A stretch of 64,000 bases of DNA from Candidatus Melainabacteria bacterium RIFCSPHIGHO2_02_FULL_34_12 (GCA_001784555.1 MFRM01000003.1:65606-129605), one strand, 5' to 3'. Positions 17,889 through 28,231 are shown, numbered from the stretch's first letter. Numbers and translations are program-made. The notes: generated by a model not told the origin, from the letters alone.

Positions 17889-18929
17889 ATGAAACGAATT
17901 AAAATTGGCTCACTCGAAATAAACTCATACGTCTACATCCCTCCCATGGCAGGAGTAACAGATCTGGCTTTTAGAAAAATGGTAAGAATGTTTGATAAAG
18001 AGACTTTAATTGCTACTGAAATGGTCAGCTCAAAAGCTCTTATGTTTAATCCAAATCAAAGTCTCATGAAACTGAGTCCTGATGAACATCCTGTAGGCAT
18101 ACAACTTTTTGGACATGAACCAGAAGTTATGGCAAAAGCAGCAGTACTTGCAGAAGAACAAGGAGCTGATTTTTTAGATATAAATATGGGTTGTCCTGCT
18201 CCGAAAATTACAAAAGGAAAAGATGGAGCAGCTCTTATGAGGGAACCAGAGCTGGCTGTAGAAATTATTAAAGCGGTAATTAATGCGGTTAAAATTCCAG
18301 TTACTGTAAAGATGAGACTTGGCTGGGATGAATGTCAGAAAAATTCTCCAGATCTAGCTAAGAGACTTGAAGATATTGGTGTCTGTGCTTTTACTATACA
18401 CGGAAGAACCCGTGAACAAGGCTATACAGGAAATGCTGACTGGGAAGCAATTTCTGTAGTAAAAAAATCAACTTCAGTTCCGATATTTGGGAATGGTGAT
18501 GTAAGAACTCCACAAGACGCAAAAAAATTAATCGAGATAACAGAATGTGATGGTGTAGCAATTGCTAGAGCAACCATGGGCTCACCCTGGCTTTCAATGC
18601 AGATAAACCAGTTTTTAAATACCGGAAGTTTTAGTCCCGAACCAAGTCTTTCAGAAAAGTTAGACATTGCTTTAGCTCATCTTGATGAACTTATAAAAAT
18701 AAAAGGTGAATATGTAGGTATACGCGAAGGCAGGCGTCATTTGATTAATTACACAAAAGGAATGCCAAACTCTGCACAGATACGGGCTCAGATAGGACAA
18801 ATAAATACAAGAGAAGAAGCTTATAATTTATTATCTAGGTTAAAAGAAGAGCTTACAAATTTGGTAAAAAGAATTAACTTAGTTAAGAACACTGAAATGT
18901 CTGAATTTGACTTAATTTCAACAAATTAG
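17889..18929 (+). CDS. dusB: tRNA dihydrouridine synthase
   Basis: PMAGVTD, TEMVS, DINMGCP, TIHGRT, GNGDV. Confidence 0.94.
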   Translation: MKRIKIGSLEINSYVYIPPMAGVTDLAFRKMVRMFDKETLIATEMVSSKALMFNPNQSLMKLSPDEHPVGIQLFGHEPEVMAKAAVLAEEQGADFLDINMGCPAPKITKGKDGAALMREPELAVEIIKAVINAVKIPVTVKMRLGWDECQKNSPDLAKRLEDIGVCAFTIHGRTREQGYTGNADWEAISVVKKSTSVPIFGNGDVRTPQDAKKLIEITECDGVAIARATMGSPWLSMQINQFLNTGSFSPEPSLSEKLDIALAHLDELIKIKGEYVGIREGRRHLINYTKGMPNSAQIRAQIGQINTREEAYNLLSRLKEELTNLVKRINLVKNTEMSEFDLISTN

Positions 18930-19002
18930 CATAATAATCAAAATCTATATTGATTTTCACATCTACAATCAGTAGAATAAAAAGAAATCTCAAAGGAAAT
19001 TT

Positions 19003-19560
19003 ATGGCAGGTCAAAAAAATTATTTTGCAGTTTTTGTACTAGGAACAGACAGTATCGGAATAGTCTCTGATATTACTAAGGCCCTGTTTGAGTTAGGCGC
19101 AAACATAAATGATTCTTCCCACACCATAATAGGAAATGAATTTGCAATGCTTCTTCTTATTTCTACATCTCCAAGCGGTACAGTTGAAAATATAAAAAGT
19201 GCATTTAAAGAAATCAGCGAAAAAAGAAATTTAACTGTTCATGCTCATCAGCTTAAAGAAGAAGACATTTACAGAAAGACAACTGACCCGGGACAGCTTT
19301 GTGTGATTCATTTATACGGCGCAGATAAACCAGGAATTGTTTATCAAGTGACCGATCTCCTGGCAAAAAATAAAGTAAATATTACAGATCTAAGCACAAG
19401 AAGATTTGGAAATGATACAAACCCAATTTATATAATGTATCTGGAAGCTGAAGTACCATATGATGTCGACACCAGAAAACTCGGAAGCGAATTAAATAAA
19501 ATAGCATCTAAATTAAACGTAGAAATTAAGTATGAGTTAGAAGAAGTCGCTAGTTTATAA
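19003..19560 (+). CDS. tandem ACT-domain protein (GcvR-like)
   Basis: GTDSIGIVS..LFELGANI.DS and GADKPGIVY..LA...VNITDL. Confidence 0.88.
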   Translation: MAGQKNYFAVFVLGTDSIGIVSDITKALFELGANINDSSHTIIGNEFAMLLLISTSPSGTVENIKSAFKEISEKRNLTVHAHQLKEEDIYRKTTDPGQLCVIHLYGADKPGIVYQVTDLLAKNKVNITDLSTRRFGNDTNPIYIMYLEAEVPYDVDTRKLGSELNKIASKLNVEIKYELEEVASL

Positions 19561-19661
19561 TGTCATTGCGAGCCCGCCTTTGGCGGGCGAAGCAATCTCG
19601 ATCGATTTTGCATAGATAGTTCGGGGTTGCTTCGTCGGGTAAAACCCTCCTCGCAATGACA
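19561..19661. mobile_element. family B 101-bp element, intergenic
   Basis: tgtcattgcgagcccgcctttggcgggcgaagcaatctcgatcg...ttgcttcgtcgggtaaaaccctcctcgcaatgaca. Confidence 0.92.
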
Positions 19662-19678
19662 TGATAAATTTAATCTTT

Positions 19679-20197
19679 ATGGCAATACTACAGGTTCATC
19701 AATTTCCCGATCCAATCTTAAAAAAAATCTGTGCTCCTGTTACAGATTTCGATTCAAAATTAAACTCATTTGTAAATGACTTCACAGAAACCCTGCAAAG
19801 TCATAATTTTTGCGTGGGGCTGGCTGCTCCACAGGTAGGAAATCTTCAAAGAATAATTGCAATAGATGTTTCAAGAGCCAGAAAACCACAGCTGGGAAAC
19901 GGACTTTTAATTTTAATAAATCCAGTGATTCTTGAATCTTCAAATTTTAAATTTGTAAGGGAAGGATGTCTTAGCATTCCGGATTTCACAGCAAACGTAA
20001 AACGCGCCATGAAGATTACAGTGCAATATCAAGAATATTGTAGAGACGCGCCGCGGCGCGTCTCTGATAAGGTATTGGAAACAACCAATTTTGAAGCACA
20101 TGCCATTCAGCATGAAATGGATCATCTGGATGGAATTCTTTTTCTGGACAGAATTACAAATCCAGCCAGTGATTTGTTTAGAAGAAAGAGAGCTTAG
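19679..20197 (+). CDS. def: peptide deformylase
   Basis: GLAAPQVG, EGCLS, QHEMDHLDG. The ORF-track start at 19661 comes from the repeat end. Confidence 0.96.
   Translation: MAILQVHQFPDPILKKICAPVTDFDSKLNSFVNDFTETLQSHNFCVGLAAPQVGNLQRIIAIDVSRARKPQLGNGLLILINPVILESSNFKFVREGCLSIPDFTANVKRAMKITVQYQEYCRDAPRRVSDKVLETTNFEAHAIQHEMDHLDGILFLDRITNPASDLFRRKRA
20039..20066. repeat. family A palindrome in def (CRDAPRRVS)
   Basis: tgtagagacgcgccgcggcgcgtctctg. Confidence 0.92.
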
Positions 20198-21825
20198 GGT
20201 GTTTGCGGCATAAATAACATTTTTTTATTTCTGCCAATTACTGTGGGTAAGTCATCTACCGTTATTGCACCTGCATTTACAAGAAGAGCAAGTAGCCTTC
20301 CATCCATAACTTGTTTATCAATTTCATCTTCCCAATGAGGTCCTCTATGTTCCAGTACACTTCCATCTTCTGGTCTTAAAACACCGAAAAATCTATTTGC
20401 TGATTCCACTCTGCCAGTATAGGCAGGCGTACGATCAAATGGTCCAAAGAAACAATCAGTAGAAAGAGCCATTGCAGGAGCCATTAATTTCCAGTAATTA
20501 TCCAAGTGTTGATTTGCTCTTGCATGATCACATATGACTCCACGAGATTCTTCTTCAAACCATTTACTTAATTCAATGATGGCTTTAATGGTTTGTCTTG
20601 GATTTAAACCTATATAACCAAGAAGAGCAGAAATGTTTTTCCCTGAAATAAATTTAAAATCGTTTCTGCCACTGGTTACATCGTCAGATTCTTTTAGCTG
20701 TTCACGTGCGCCAACTTCCCATATAAATGGAAAACCTCTGTCGTCACCTGTGTACATAACTACATTTTTATTTCCTACTACTACAGCAGCTCTTATGGAA
20801 TTGTAATCCCTGATTTGTTGTTCATAATGAGGATCAGAGGTTTTAACTGCATAAGCAAGATGTGCCACTGCCTGAAGAACTGCCAGGTTTAAATAATCTG
20901 TTTTTGAATTAAATGGAGAGCCAAGCTTATGTAAAACAATTTCATTTGGATGCTGACTTAACATCCTGGTAATCAATGCAATATTTTGTTCATCGCCATA
21001 ACCGTTCTGCATCTGATCAGGAAACATAATAGGAGTATGTCCCAGACTTAAAATATATTCAATTTGTTCTAATCGATATTTTACATAGTCATCTTCAGTG
21101 ATTTTCCCAGTAGTCAATGCAGCTTCAATCCTTTGTTCTTTAGGTACATTTTCAGTACCTGCACCTATCCAGAAGGTAGCCTCCCCAAAGTTTTCTCCAT
21201 ACCATTTCGTGACAGCCTGAATAAGTTCAGCAGACATCATATCAGGTGTTCTGCATGCAGTATCCATTGCAGCAGCAATACCCAGTAAATTTTTTAATTC
21301 AGGAATTCCTGGAATATTTAAATTATCAGCACATCCACTCCCGCCTGAAAGCAATGATTTGATTATTCTCTCGTTAGCATCATAATCAAAAGCATTTTCA
21401 CCTATCATTTGACCAGGTTTTATTTTTTCTCTTTTATAAACAGCTAAAGCTGCAGCAATTGGATCAACAATTAGAGAATTATTTTTAAGCCATTGTATAT
21501 CTGCGCCTGTAATTTCTGCTCTTGGTGTTAAAAATACTTCTTCTTGTTTACCATGACCTAAAGGTGTTACTAAAGCTCTCCCTGTTTCACCATCTCTTAA
21601 AAAATCCCATTTGTAAAGCGCATGCTTAGATGGTGGTTTTTCCGGCACATGCCATACACCACTATCTTGAGAAAATCCTAGATCTAATTCAGAAGAAGAA
21701 ACATTCGGATCTCTATCTAAAGGAGAACCATTAGAGTGCTTATCTCTAAAATTTGCAGGAGTAAAACGTTGCACATAAGCTGCCGGAAGATTTGTAATAA
21801 AACTGCCTCGGGTTCTTGGAATCAT
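20194..21825 (-). CDS. divergent DUF993 / DHDPS-like TIM-barrel protein with a long N-terminal extension
   Basis: GIAAAMDT, IGAGTE, VLHKLG..F, AVKTS (candidate Schiff-base Lys), MYTGDD and ALLG recall DUF993-family motifs. Confidence 0.55.
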   Translation of the reverse strand: MIPRTRGSFITNLPAAYVQRFTPANFRDKHSNGSPLDRDPNVSSSELDLGFSQDSGVWHVPEKPPSKHALYKWDFLRDGETGRALVTPLGHGKQEEVFLTPRAEITGADIQWLKNNSLIVDPIAAALAVYKREKIKPGQMIGENAFDYDANERIIKSLLSGGSGCADNLNIPGIPELKNLLGIAAAMDTACRTPDMMSAELIQAVTKWYGENFGEATFWIGAGTENVPKEQRIEAALTTGKITEDDYVKYRLEQIEYILSLGHTPIMFPDQMQNGYGDEQNIALITRMLSQHPNEIVLHKLGSPFNSKTDYLNLAVLQAVAHLAYAVKTSDPHYEQQIRDYNSIRAAVVVGNKNVVMYTGDDRGFPFIWEVGAREQLKESDDVTSGRNDFKFISGKNISALLGYIGLNPRQTIKAIIELSKWFEEESRGVICDHARANQHLDNYWKLMAPAMALSTDCFFGPFDRTPAYTGRVESANRFFGVLRPEDGSVLEHRGPHWEDEIDKQVMDGRLLALLVNAGAITVDDLPTVIGRNKKMLFMPQTP

Positions 21826-21852
21826 TTATATTTCTCCTAAAATGTTTTTATT

Positions 21853-22590
21853 TTAAATAGGCAGACTGGGGCAGAGCTCCTTAGCTCTTAGACTGGCTTT
21901 TTCATATGAAATTGCTTCATCTCTAAATTTTGGTTCACTTTTTGGTGCAAGACCTGGGAAAAATGTCAAAAGTACTTTTACAGGTTTTCCATTTTTACTT
22001 ACCAATCCATGTTCTATTCCCGGTACTAAAGTTATTACATCACCTGGTTTTACCTCAAACACTTTCTCCCCAAGCACCATATATCCTTCACCTTCTAATA
22101 TTTGGTATGTTTCAGTCGTCATTGCATGCCAATGTACAGGAGAATCAGTAATATCCAGTGCAGCTATAAAAGCACAATTAATTATTTTCGATTCACCGCT
22201 TGGTAATGTAAATTTTATGACTGAATCAATCATAAAATCCTTAAGTCCACAAACACTAACTTCTCCAGTCAAAATACCTGGTATGTTTGCTAAAACTGCA
22301 CCATCAACAATTTCATCACCATTGCGAAGTTTATAACCTAAAACTTCTCTGGTAGTCCCTTCCGGCAAAACACCCAGACTCTCTCTTAATCTGTGCCTTT
22401 CTCCATCACCAAGCTGTGTTGCCACTACTAGTGATGCTGGATCTACTACTGGCAATGCTGCTGGATCTACTACTGGCAATGCTGCTGGTTCAACCAATGC
22501 AGAAGCTAAAGGTGAAATAGCCACTGGTGCTCTCACACTTGCAATTGCTAATTTTGCTTGTAAATCTGCTCGCATAAACTTGAAAGACAT
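21853..22590 (-). CDS. cupin domain protein with a low-complexity N-terminus
   Basis: HWH..TTETYQILEGEG..GDVITLVPGIEH. Confidence 0.82.
   Translation of the reverse strand: MSFKFMRADLQAKLAIASVRAPVAISPLASALVEPAALPVVDPAALPVVDPASLVVATQLGDGERHRLRESLGVLPEGTTREVLGYKLRNGDEIVDGAVLANIPGILTGEVSVCGLKDFMIDSVIKFTLPSGESKIINCAFIAALDITDSPVHWHAMTTETYQILEGEGYMVLGEKVFEVKPGDVITLVPGIEHGLVSKNGKPVKVLLTFFPGLAPKSEPKFRDEAISYEKASLRAKELCPSLPI
22435..22488. repeat. 24-bp tandem repeat, 2.25 copies (PAALPVVD)
   Basis: tgctggatctactactggcaatgc twice, then tgctgg. Confidence 0.9.
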
Positions 22591-22720
22591 CGTAACATAC
22601 AGGAATACAAATGATTCTTGTAAATCGTAATTAGTTTATAAACAAAAGTCATTACACAGTGAAAATTAAATTTATTTAATGAAGATTGATATAAAAAAAT
22701 ATCTGATAGGATTGTGAATT

Positions 22721-24238
22721 ATGAGTACAGATAGAATAGCAGCAGCAAATTTAGCACTAACAGTAATCCAGCCATCTGAAGGCCCCTTTAGAAAATTAGG
22801 TCGTAAAGGCATAGATGAATTTAGGCAGCGGCTAGAATCATTAGATATAAGTTTTCTTCCTGTTGATGATGAAATATTAAAAGCTCCTGAATCACCTCTG
22901 GCACAGCCATTTTTTATTGGAGATTTTAAAGTCGGAAACAGATGGACTATACATCCAATGGAAGGATGGGATGGATTTATAAATGGGATTTTAAGTGAAA
23001 ACTGCATTAGAAGATGGCAAAGATTTGGTAGTAGCGGTGCAAAATTAATCTGGGGAGGAGAAGCTGTAGCAATACAAGAAGACGCAAGAGCAAATCCAAA
23101 TCAACTTTTTTATCACCATGATAATGAAACTGCATTCAGAACACTTTTTAATACATTGACTGAAGCACATAGAAACCGTTTTGGAACTGTTGATGATTTA
23201 TTGGTAGGTTTACAGTTAACTCACTCTGGAAGATTCTGTAAGCCAAATGATATAAAAAGATTTGAGCCTAAAATAGCATTCCATCATCCTTTGCTGGATA
23301 AAAAATTTGGAATAGATACAAGTAATGATTCAATAGTCCTTACAGACGATGATCTACAGAGAATTAGAGACAGATATATTGAACTTGCAAAAATGGCAGA
23401 GAGAGTGGGTTTTAAGTTTGTTGATGTGAAACAATGCCATGGATATCTACTTCATGAACTTTTAAGTGCTTATGACAGACCCGGTAGATACGGTGGAGAT
23501 TTTGAAGGACGTACTCGTCTTTTAACTGAAATAATAGAAGGAATAAAAGCAGAAACAAATTTAATTGTTACCTCACGTCTTAGTGCATTTGATACTTATC
23601 CCTATAATCCAGATGCATCACGCACAGATGGAAAAACATTTGGTCCTGGAATTCCTATGCAATGGGATGGAGGCATGCCTTATCCTGGTTTTGGTTTAAA
23701 TCGGGATAATCCATCTGAAATCAATTTAGGTGATCCAATAGAATTAATTTCTTACATGAAAACTTTGGGTGTCAAAGCAGTAAATATTTCTGCAGGAAGT
23801 CCTTATTATAATCCTCACATCCAAAGACCTGCATTTTTTTTACCATGCGATGCATATCAATTACCTGAGGACCCTCTGCTAGGAGTAGCCAGACAAATTA
23901 ATGTAGTCAAGCTTTTGAAGGAAGCAATTCCTGACATGCCAATGATTGGGACAGGATACACATACCTTCAAGAACATCTGCCAAATGTTGCACAAGCAGT
24001 CGTAAGAAAAGGCTGGGTAGATTCAGTAGGAATTGGACGAATGGTTTTATCTTATCCTGAATTACCTGCAGATTGTCTTGAATATGGTGAGCTACGTACA
24101 CCGCAATTAATCTGCAGAACTTTCAGTGACTGTACAACAGGTGCAAGAAATGGATTAGTTTCAGGATGTTTTCCACTTGATCCGCACTATCGCAACAGTG
24201 CAGATTTTGCAGCATTACAGGCATTAAAGAGAAAATAG
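22721..24238 (+). CDS. NADH:flavin oxidoreductase (old yellow enzyme family)
   Basis: HPMEGWD, GLQLTHSGR, GFKFVDVKQCHGYLLHELLS, YGGDFEGRTR, C-terminal CRTFSDC..GC cluster. Confidence 0.88.
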   Translation: MSTDRIAAANLALTVIQPSEGPFRKLGRKGIDEFRQRLESLDISFLPVDDEILKAPESPLAQPFFIGDFKVGNRWTIHPMEGWDGFINGILSENCIRRWQRFGSSGAKLIWGGEAVAIQEDARANPNQLFYHHDNETAFRTLFNTLTEAHRNRFGTVDDLLVGLQLTHSGRFCKPNDIKRFEPKIAFHHPLLDKKFGIDTSNDSIVLTDDDLQRIRDRYIELAKMAERVGFKFVDVKQCHGYLLHELLSAYDRPGRYGGDFEGRTRLLTEIIEGIKAETNLIVTSRLSAFDTYPYNPDASRTDGKTFGPGIPMQWDGGMPYPGFGLNRDNPSEINLGDPIELISYMKTLGVKAVNISAGSPYYNPHIQRPAFFLPCDAYQLPEDPLLGVARQINVVKLLKEAIPDMPMIGTGYTYLQEHLPNVAQAVVRKGWVDSVGIGRMVLSYPELPADCLEYGELRTPQLICRTFSDCTTGARNGLVSGCFPLDPHYRNSADFAALQALKRK

Positions 24239-24299
24239 AAATAATAATTTATTTAAGTCCATATTTACAAGCTATAATTTAAACTGTTATTTCATTCTT

Positions 24300-25718
24300 A
24301 TGAAACAAGTCTACATAGAAACCTTTGGATGTCAGATGAATAAAGCAGATACAGAGCATATGCTTGGACTTCTGGATGAAATTGATTATAAACATACAGA
24401 AAATATTGAAGAAGCTAATCTTGTTTTGTTTAATACTTGTACAATTCGTGAAACAGCAAATCATAAATTTTACAGTCAGCTTGGCATTGTTGGAAAAATG
24501 AAAAAGCAAAGATGTAGAGACGGGGTGACCCCGTCTTTACTGCTTGGAGTAGGGGGTTGTGCAGCCCAGGATAAAAAAGAATGGCTGATTAAAAACTTTC
24601 CTTATGTAGATATTGTATTTGGCACAAATAATATTCAAAATTTACCTGAGCTTGTAAAAAAAGCTGAGAGCGGTAAAAAAGTCTGTGAGATAGAAGAAGA
24701 GCTTCCGTATGAGTTGCCTGAACTGCCTGTAATCCGTCAGACTAAGGTTAGCGCATGGGTAAATGTAATTCTTGGATGTAATTTTAATTGTACTTATTGC
24801 ATAGTTCCCAGTGTTCGCGGAAGAGAAAAAAGCAGAAAGCCTGAAGATATTTTAAAAGAAGTTGAAAGGCTTGCAGAAGAAGGATTTAAGGAAGTCACGT
24901 TACTTGGGCAGAATGTAACTGCTTATGGTTATGATCTTTCATCAAACTACTCAAAAGAAAAAGCCACATTCGGTCACATACCAGATGATCCTGAATATTC
25001 ACTTGCAAAGCTTATTAGATATGTTCATGACGTAGATGGAATTGAAAGAATAAGATTTTTAACAGGGCATCCATTTCATGTAACTGACGAGCTCATAGAT
25101 ACAGTAGCAGAGCTTCCTAAAGCATGCGAATACTTTCACATTCCCATGCAATCTGGAGATAACACAGTTTTAAAGCGAATGGCTAGAGTTTATACTGTAG
25201 AAAAATATAAAGAGATGGTAGAGAAAATTAGAAATAAAATGCCAAGTAGAGGCGTATTGCAATACGCCCATGCTGCAATCACAAGCGATTTTATAGTAGG
25301 TTTTCCTGGTGAGACAGAGGAGCAGTTTTTAAATACAGTAAAAATTGTTAAAGAAATTGGATTTGATGGGTGCAATACAGCAGCATATTCACCCAGACCC
25401 GATACCCCAAGCGCTACATGGGATAAACAAATTCCTGAGGAAGAAAAAAATGCAAGACTTAGATATTTAAACTCTGTTGTAAATGAAGTAGTAGGGATTA
25501 AAAATAAAGATCTTTTGGATACAATTCAGGAAGTTTTAGTAGAAGGTACAAGTAAGCGAAATGAAAACAATTTGAGCGGCAGAACGCGGGGAAATACAAT
25601 TGTTAATTTTGATCCTACAATGGCGGGTTTTAAACCCGCCATTGTAGGCACATTGGTAAATATAAAAATAACAAAGGTAAAACGATGGGCTCTTGATGGT
25701 GAGGTGGTAGGCAATTAA
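24300..25718 (+). CDS. miaB: tRNA-i6A37 methylthiotransferase
   Basis: TFGCQMN, NTCTIRE, GCNFNCTYCIVP (radical SAM), DFIVGFPGET, C-terminal TRAM domain. Confidence 0.96.
   Translation: MKQVYIETFGCQMNKADTEHMLGLLDEIDYKHTENIEEANLVLFNTCTIRETANHKFYSQLGIVGKMKKQRCRDGVTPSLLLGVGGCAAQDKKEWLIKNFPYVDIVFGTNNIQNLPELVKKAESGKKVCEIEEELPYELPELPVIRQTKVSAWVNVILGCNFNCTYCIVPSVRGREKSRKPEDILKEVERLAEEGFKEVTLLGQNVTAYGYDLSSNYSKEKATFGHIPDDPEYSLAKLIRYVHDVDGIERIRFLTGHPFHVTDELIDTVAELPKACEYFHIPMQSGDNTVLKRMARVYTVEKYKEMVEKIRNKMPSRGVLQYAHAAITSDFIVGFPGETEEQFLNTVKIVKEIGFDGCNTAAYSPRPDTPSATWDKQIPEEEKNARLRYLNSVVNEVVGIKNKDLLDTIQEVLVEGTSKRNENNLSGRTRGNTIVNFDPTMAGFKPAIVGTLVNIKITKVKRWALDGEVVGN
24513..24540. repeat. family A palindrome in miaB, first copy (CRDGVTPSL)
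   Basis: tgtagagacggggtgaccccgtctttac. Confidence 0.9.
25246..25273. repeat. family A palindrome in miaB, second copy (SRGVLQYAHA)
   Basis: gtagaggcgtattgcaatacgcccatgc; same core as 38356. Confidence 0.88.
25614..25648. repeat. 35-bp perfect palindrome in the miaB TRAM domain, with reversed CTAC...GTAG ends
   Basis: cctacaatggcgggttt-t-aaacccgccattgtagg (17-bp arms). Confidence 0.9.
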
Positions 25719-26989
25719 TGCAAAATAATACTAATGAATCTACGCTGGTAAAGACGCCCCAACGGGGCGTTTCCATAATTGGGGAAGGTGAAAAATATCT
25801 TGAAAAATACTTCAAATCCATTGATAACATTGAACAACATAACTTCAATAAAGTCCTAACAGCATTAACAGAAAATAAACTTGGAGAACAACATTTTAGC
25901 TGGGTTACAGGATATGGGCATGATGATATTGGCAGGCAAAAAATCGATCAGATTTTTGCTCAGGTTTTTAATGCAGAAAGTGCTGTAGTACGTCCACAGT
26001 TTGTGTCTGGTACTCATACGATTTCATGTGTTTTATTTGGTTGTTTAAGACCAGGTGATGAATTGGTTTCAGTTGCAGGAGAGCCTTACGATACTCTGCA
26101 TAAAGTAATCGGGATACATGGTGAACATAAAGGTTCTTTAAAAGATTTTGGTGTTTCATATAAAGAAATTCCTTTAAAAGATAATTTAAATGTTGATTTA
26201 GATGCAATCCCTAACTATGTTTCAGCTAATACCAAAATGGTCTTTATTCAAAGATCTAAAGGTTATCACTGGAGAAAATCCCTGACCATAAAAGAAATTG
26301 AAAAAATAATTTTAAAAGTAAAAGAAATAAATAAAAATATAATTTGTTTTGTAGACAATTGTTTTGGTGAATTTACTGAAGAGTTTGAACCTACCGATGT
26401 AGGAGCAGATATTACATGCGGTTCACTTATTAAAAATATAGGCGGCGGCATTGTACCTGCAGGCGGTTATATTGCCGGTAAAAAAGAGCTTGTGCATCTA
26501 TCCGCAGAAAGACTTACAGCACCTGGAATAGGAGAAAAAGGTGGATGCATGTTTGATTTAAGCAGAGTAATTTTACAGGGATTGTTTTTTGCACCACATG
26601 TAGTAGCTCAAATTTTGAAAGGGATTTCTCTTGTAAGTTATTTTTTCAAAGAAAAAGGTTATGAAGTAAATCCTTTGCCTGATGAAATAAAAACCGATAT
26701 AGTTGTTGCTATAAAACTAAAAGACAAAAAACTCCTTGAAAGCATCTGTAAAACTGTTCAGGCTAATAGTCCTGTGAACAGTCATCTTACGCCTGTTCCT
26801 TGCAAGCTTCCCGGCTATGAGGATGAAGTAATAATGGCAGGTGGAACTTTTATAGAAGGCTCTACAATTGAACTTTCATGTGATGCTCCAATGCGTGAAC
26901 CTTATATTCTATACTGGCAGGGTGGATTAAATTATTTGCATACAAAGCATGTACTAACCAAAATTGTCATTGCGAGCCGAACGCAGTGA
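25718..26989 (+). CDS. PLP-dependent methionine gamma-lyase family protein (YnbB / aluminium-resistance type)
   Basis: TGYGHDDIGR, VRPQFVSGTH, IQRSKGY, GSLIKNIGGG, MAGGTFIEGSTIELS.D.P. Confidence 0.9.
   Translation: MQNNTNESTLVKTPQRGVSIIGEGEKYLEKYFKSIDNIEQHNFNKVLTALTENKLGEQHFSWVTGYGHDDIGRQKIDQIFAQVFNAESAVVRPQFVSGTHTISCVLFGCLRPGDELVSVAGEPYDTLHKVIGIHGEHKGSLKDFGVSYKEIPLKDNLNVDLDAIPNYVSANTKMVFIQRSKGYHWRKSLTIKEIEKIILKVKEINKNIICFVDNCFGEFTEEFEPTDVGADITCGSLIKNIGGGIVPAGGYIAGKKELVHLSAERLTAPGIGEKGGCMFDLSRVILQGLFFAPHVVAQILKGISLVSYFFKEKGYEVNPLPDEIKTDIVVAIKLKDKKLLESICKTVQANSPVNSHLTPVPCKLPGYEDEVIMAGGTFIEGSTIELSCDAPMREPYILYWQGGLNYLHTKHVLTKIVIASRTQ
25748..25776. repeat. family A palindrome near the N-terminus of the YnbB-like gene (VKTPQRGVS)
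   Basis: gtaaagacgccccaacggggcgtttccat. Confidence 0.8.
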
Positions 26990-27092
26990 GGTGTGGCAAT
27001 CTCACACTGTGATTACGTTTCATGAGATTTATTGTTACCGTTATTTACATCGTAAGATTGCTTCGTCAGGTAAAACCTTCCTCGCAATGACA
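26965..27092. mobile_element. family B element (128 bp) supplying the C-terminus and stop of the YnbB-like gene
   Basis: tgtcattgcgagccgaacgcagtgaggtgtggcaatctc...gattgcttcgtcaggtaaaaccttcctcgcaatgaca. Confidence 0.9.
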
Positions 27093-27132
27093 ATGTCTAT
27101 CAGGTTCAGTCTTCTAGATTTTTGTACCTTAA

Positions 27133-28149
27133 TCATTTTTTATTTTTCTTTTTTCCTCGTGATTGTTGCATCTGAGCAATTTCTAGTTCAGTTAAGTGTG
27201 CTTTTATTCGATTAATTCTGGCTTCAGTAGTCGGATCTATATTTCCATAACTTTCAGTAATATCTACGATCTGATCCTTTAATCCAAATCTGTAAATAAG
27301 CGGTTCAAGAATTCTGGCTACATAATTTTCACATATCAAATAAACAAGCTGAGAAGCATCTTCAATTCCACTGGTAATAACTGCTGTCGGAGCAAGATCA
27401 TGCTGATCAGTTATCGCACCGATAGCAGATATATCAGCATCTTCAGCTGCTTTAATTACACCAACTCCACCTGAATCAGCTAAGTGAGTAATAACATCCA
27501 CTCCAGTGTTTATCTGTTCAATAGCAGCTTCTCGTCCTTTTGAAATGTCGTCCCAGACATTAATGTATGAAACTACAAGATCTGCTTTTGGATTTACTGA
27601 TTTCAGCCCTTTTCTTAAACCTATTATTGTTTTTTCAATAATAGGAGTTTTTTTCCCAACTACTATACCAACTTTATTTGTAGCCGTATTTAATCCAGCT
27701 ACTGCACCTATTAAATATCCATACTGCTCATCCTTAAAGCTAAAAGAACATAGGTTAGGCTCCTGTTTAACTTCCCCGCCTATTACTCCAAAAAATATAT
27801 CCGGATAGCTGGGTACAACTTTTTCAAGAATTGCACCGTAGTCATAGCTATGTGCAATGATTAAATTATATTTTTTGTCTGCCAGAGTGCAAAAAACTGT
27901 TTTTGCACTCTCAAGATTTACTTTTTCAACAACTGCGATTTCCACCTTATAATCAGTTTGAAATCTTTTTAATCCGTTATATGCTGCAGCATTCCAGGAA
28001 GAATCATTTACAGGTCCTGCCAGAACTAAAGCAATACGCAGTTTATCCTTATCTACAAAATTAAAAGCTTTTTTGTGACTTGCACAAGAATGTAAAAAGA
28101 TAACCAATACAGAGAGAAAAAAATAAGTGACAATTTTCTTCAGTAACAT
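27133..28149 (-). CDS. BMP family ABC substrate-binding lipoprotein
   Basis: Lipobox-like LHSC, GPVNDSSWNAAAYNGL, GYLIGAVAG, GVDVI..A...GVGVIKAA. Confidence 0.88.
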   Translation of the reverse strand: MLLKKIVTYFFLSVLVIFLHSCASHKKAFNFVDKDKLRIALVLAGPVNDSSWNAAAYNGLKRFQTDYKVEIAVVEKVNLESAKTVFCTLADKKYNLIIAHSYDYGAILEKVVPSYPDIFFGVIGGEVKQEPNLCSFSFKDEQYGYLIGAVAGLNTATNKVGIVVGKKTPIIEKTIIGLRKGLKSVNPKADLVVSYINVWDDISKGREAAIEQINTGVDVITHLADSGGVGVIKAAEDADISAIGAITDQHDLAPTAVITSGIEDASQLVYLICENYVARILEPLIYRFGLKDQIVDITESYGNIDPTTEARINRIKAHLTELEIAQMQQSRGKKKNKK

Positions 28150-28231
28150 TAGTGTCTAGTTGCCTTCAGATAATTTATAACCTATATCTCTGACGGATTG
28201 ATTTAAGGTTGGTTCATTGAGTGTTATATGA

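Noticed and set aside
26964-27215. 83-aa ORF starting MSLRAERSE
   Set aside because: Translation of the family B element, overlapping both neighbouring genes.
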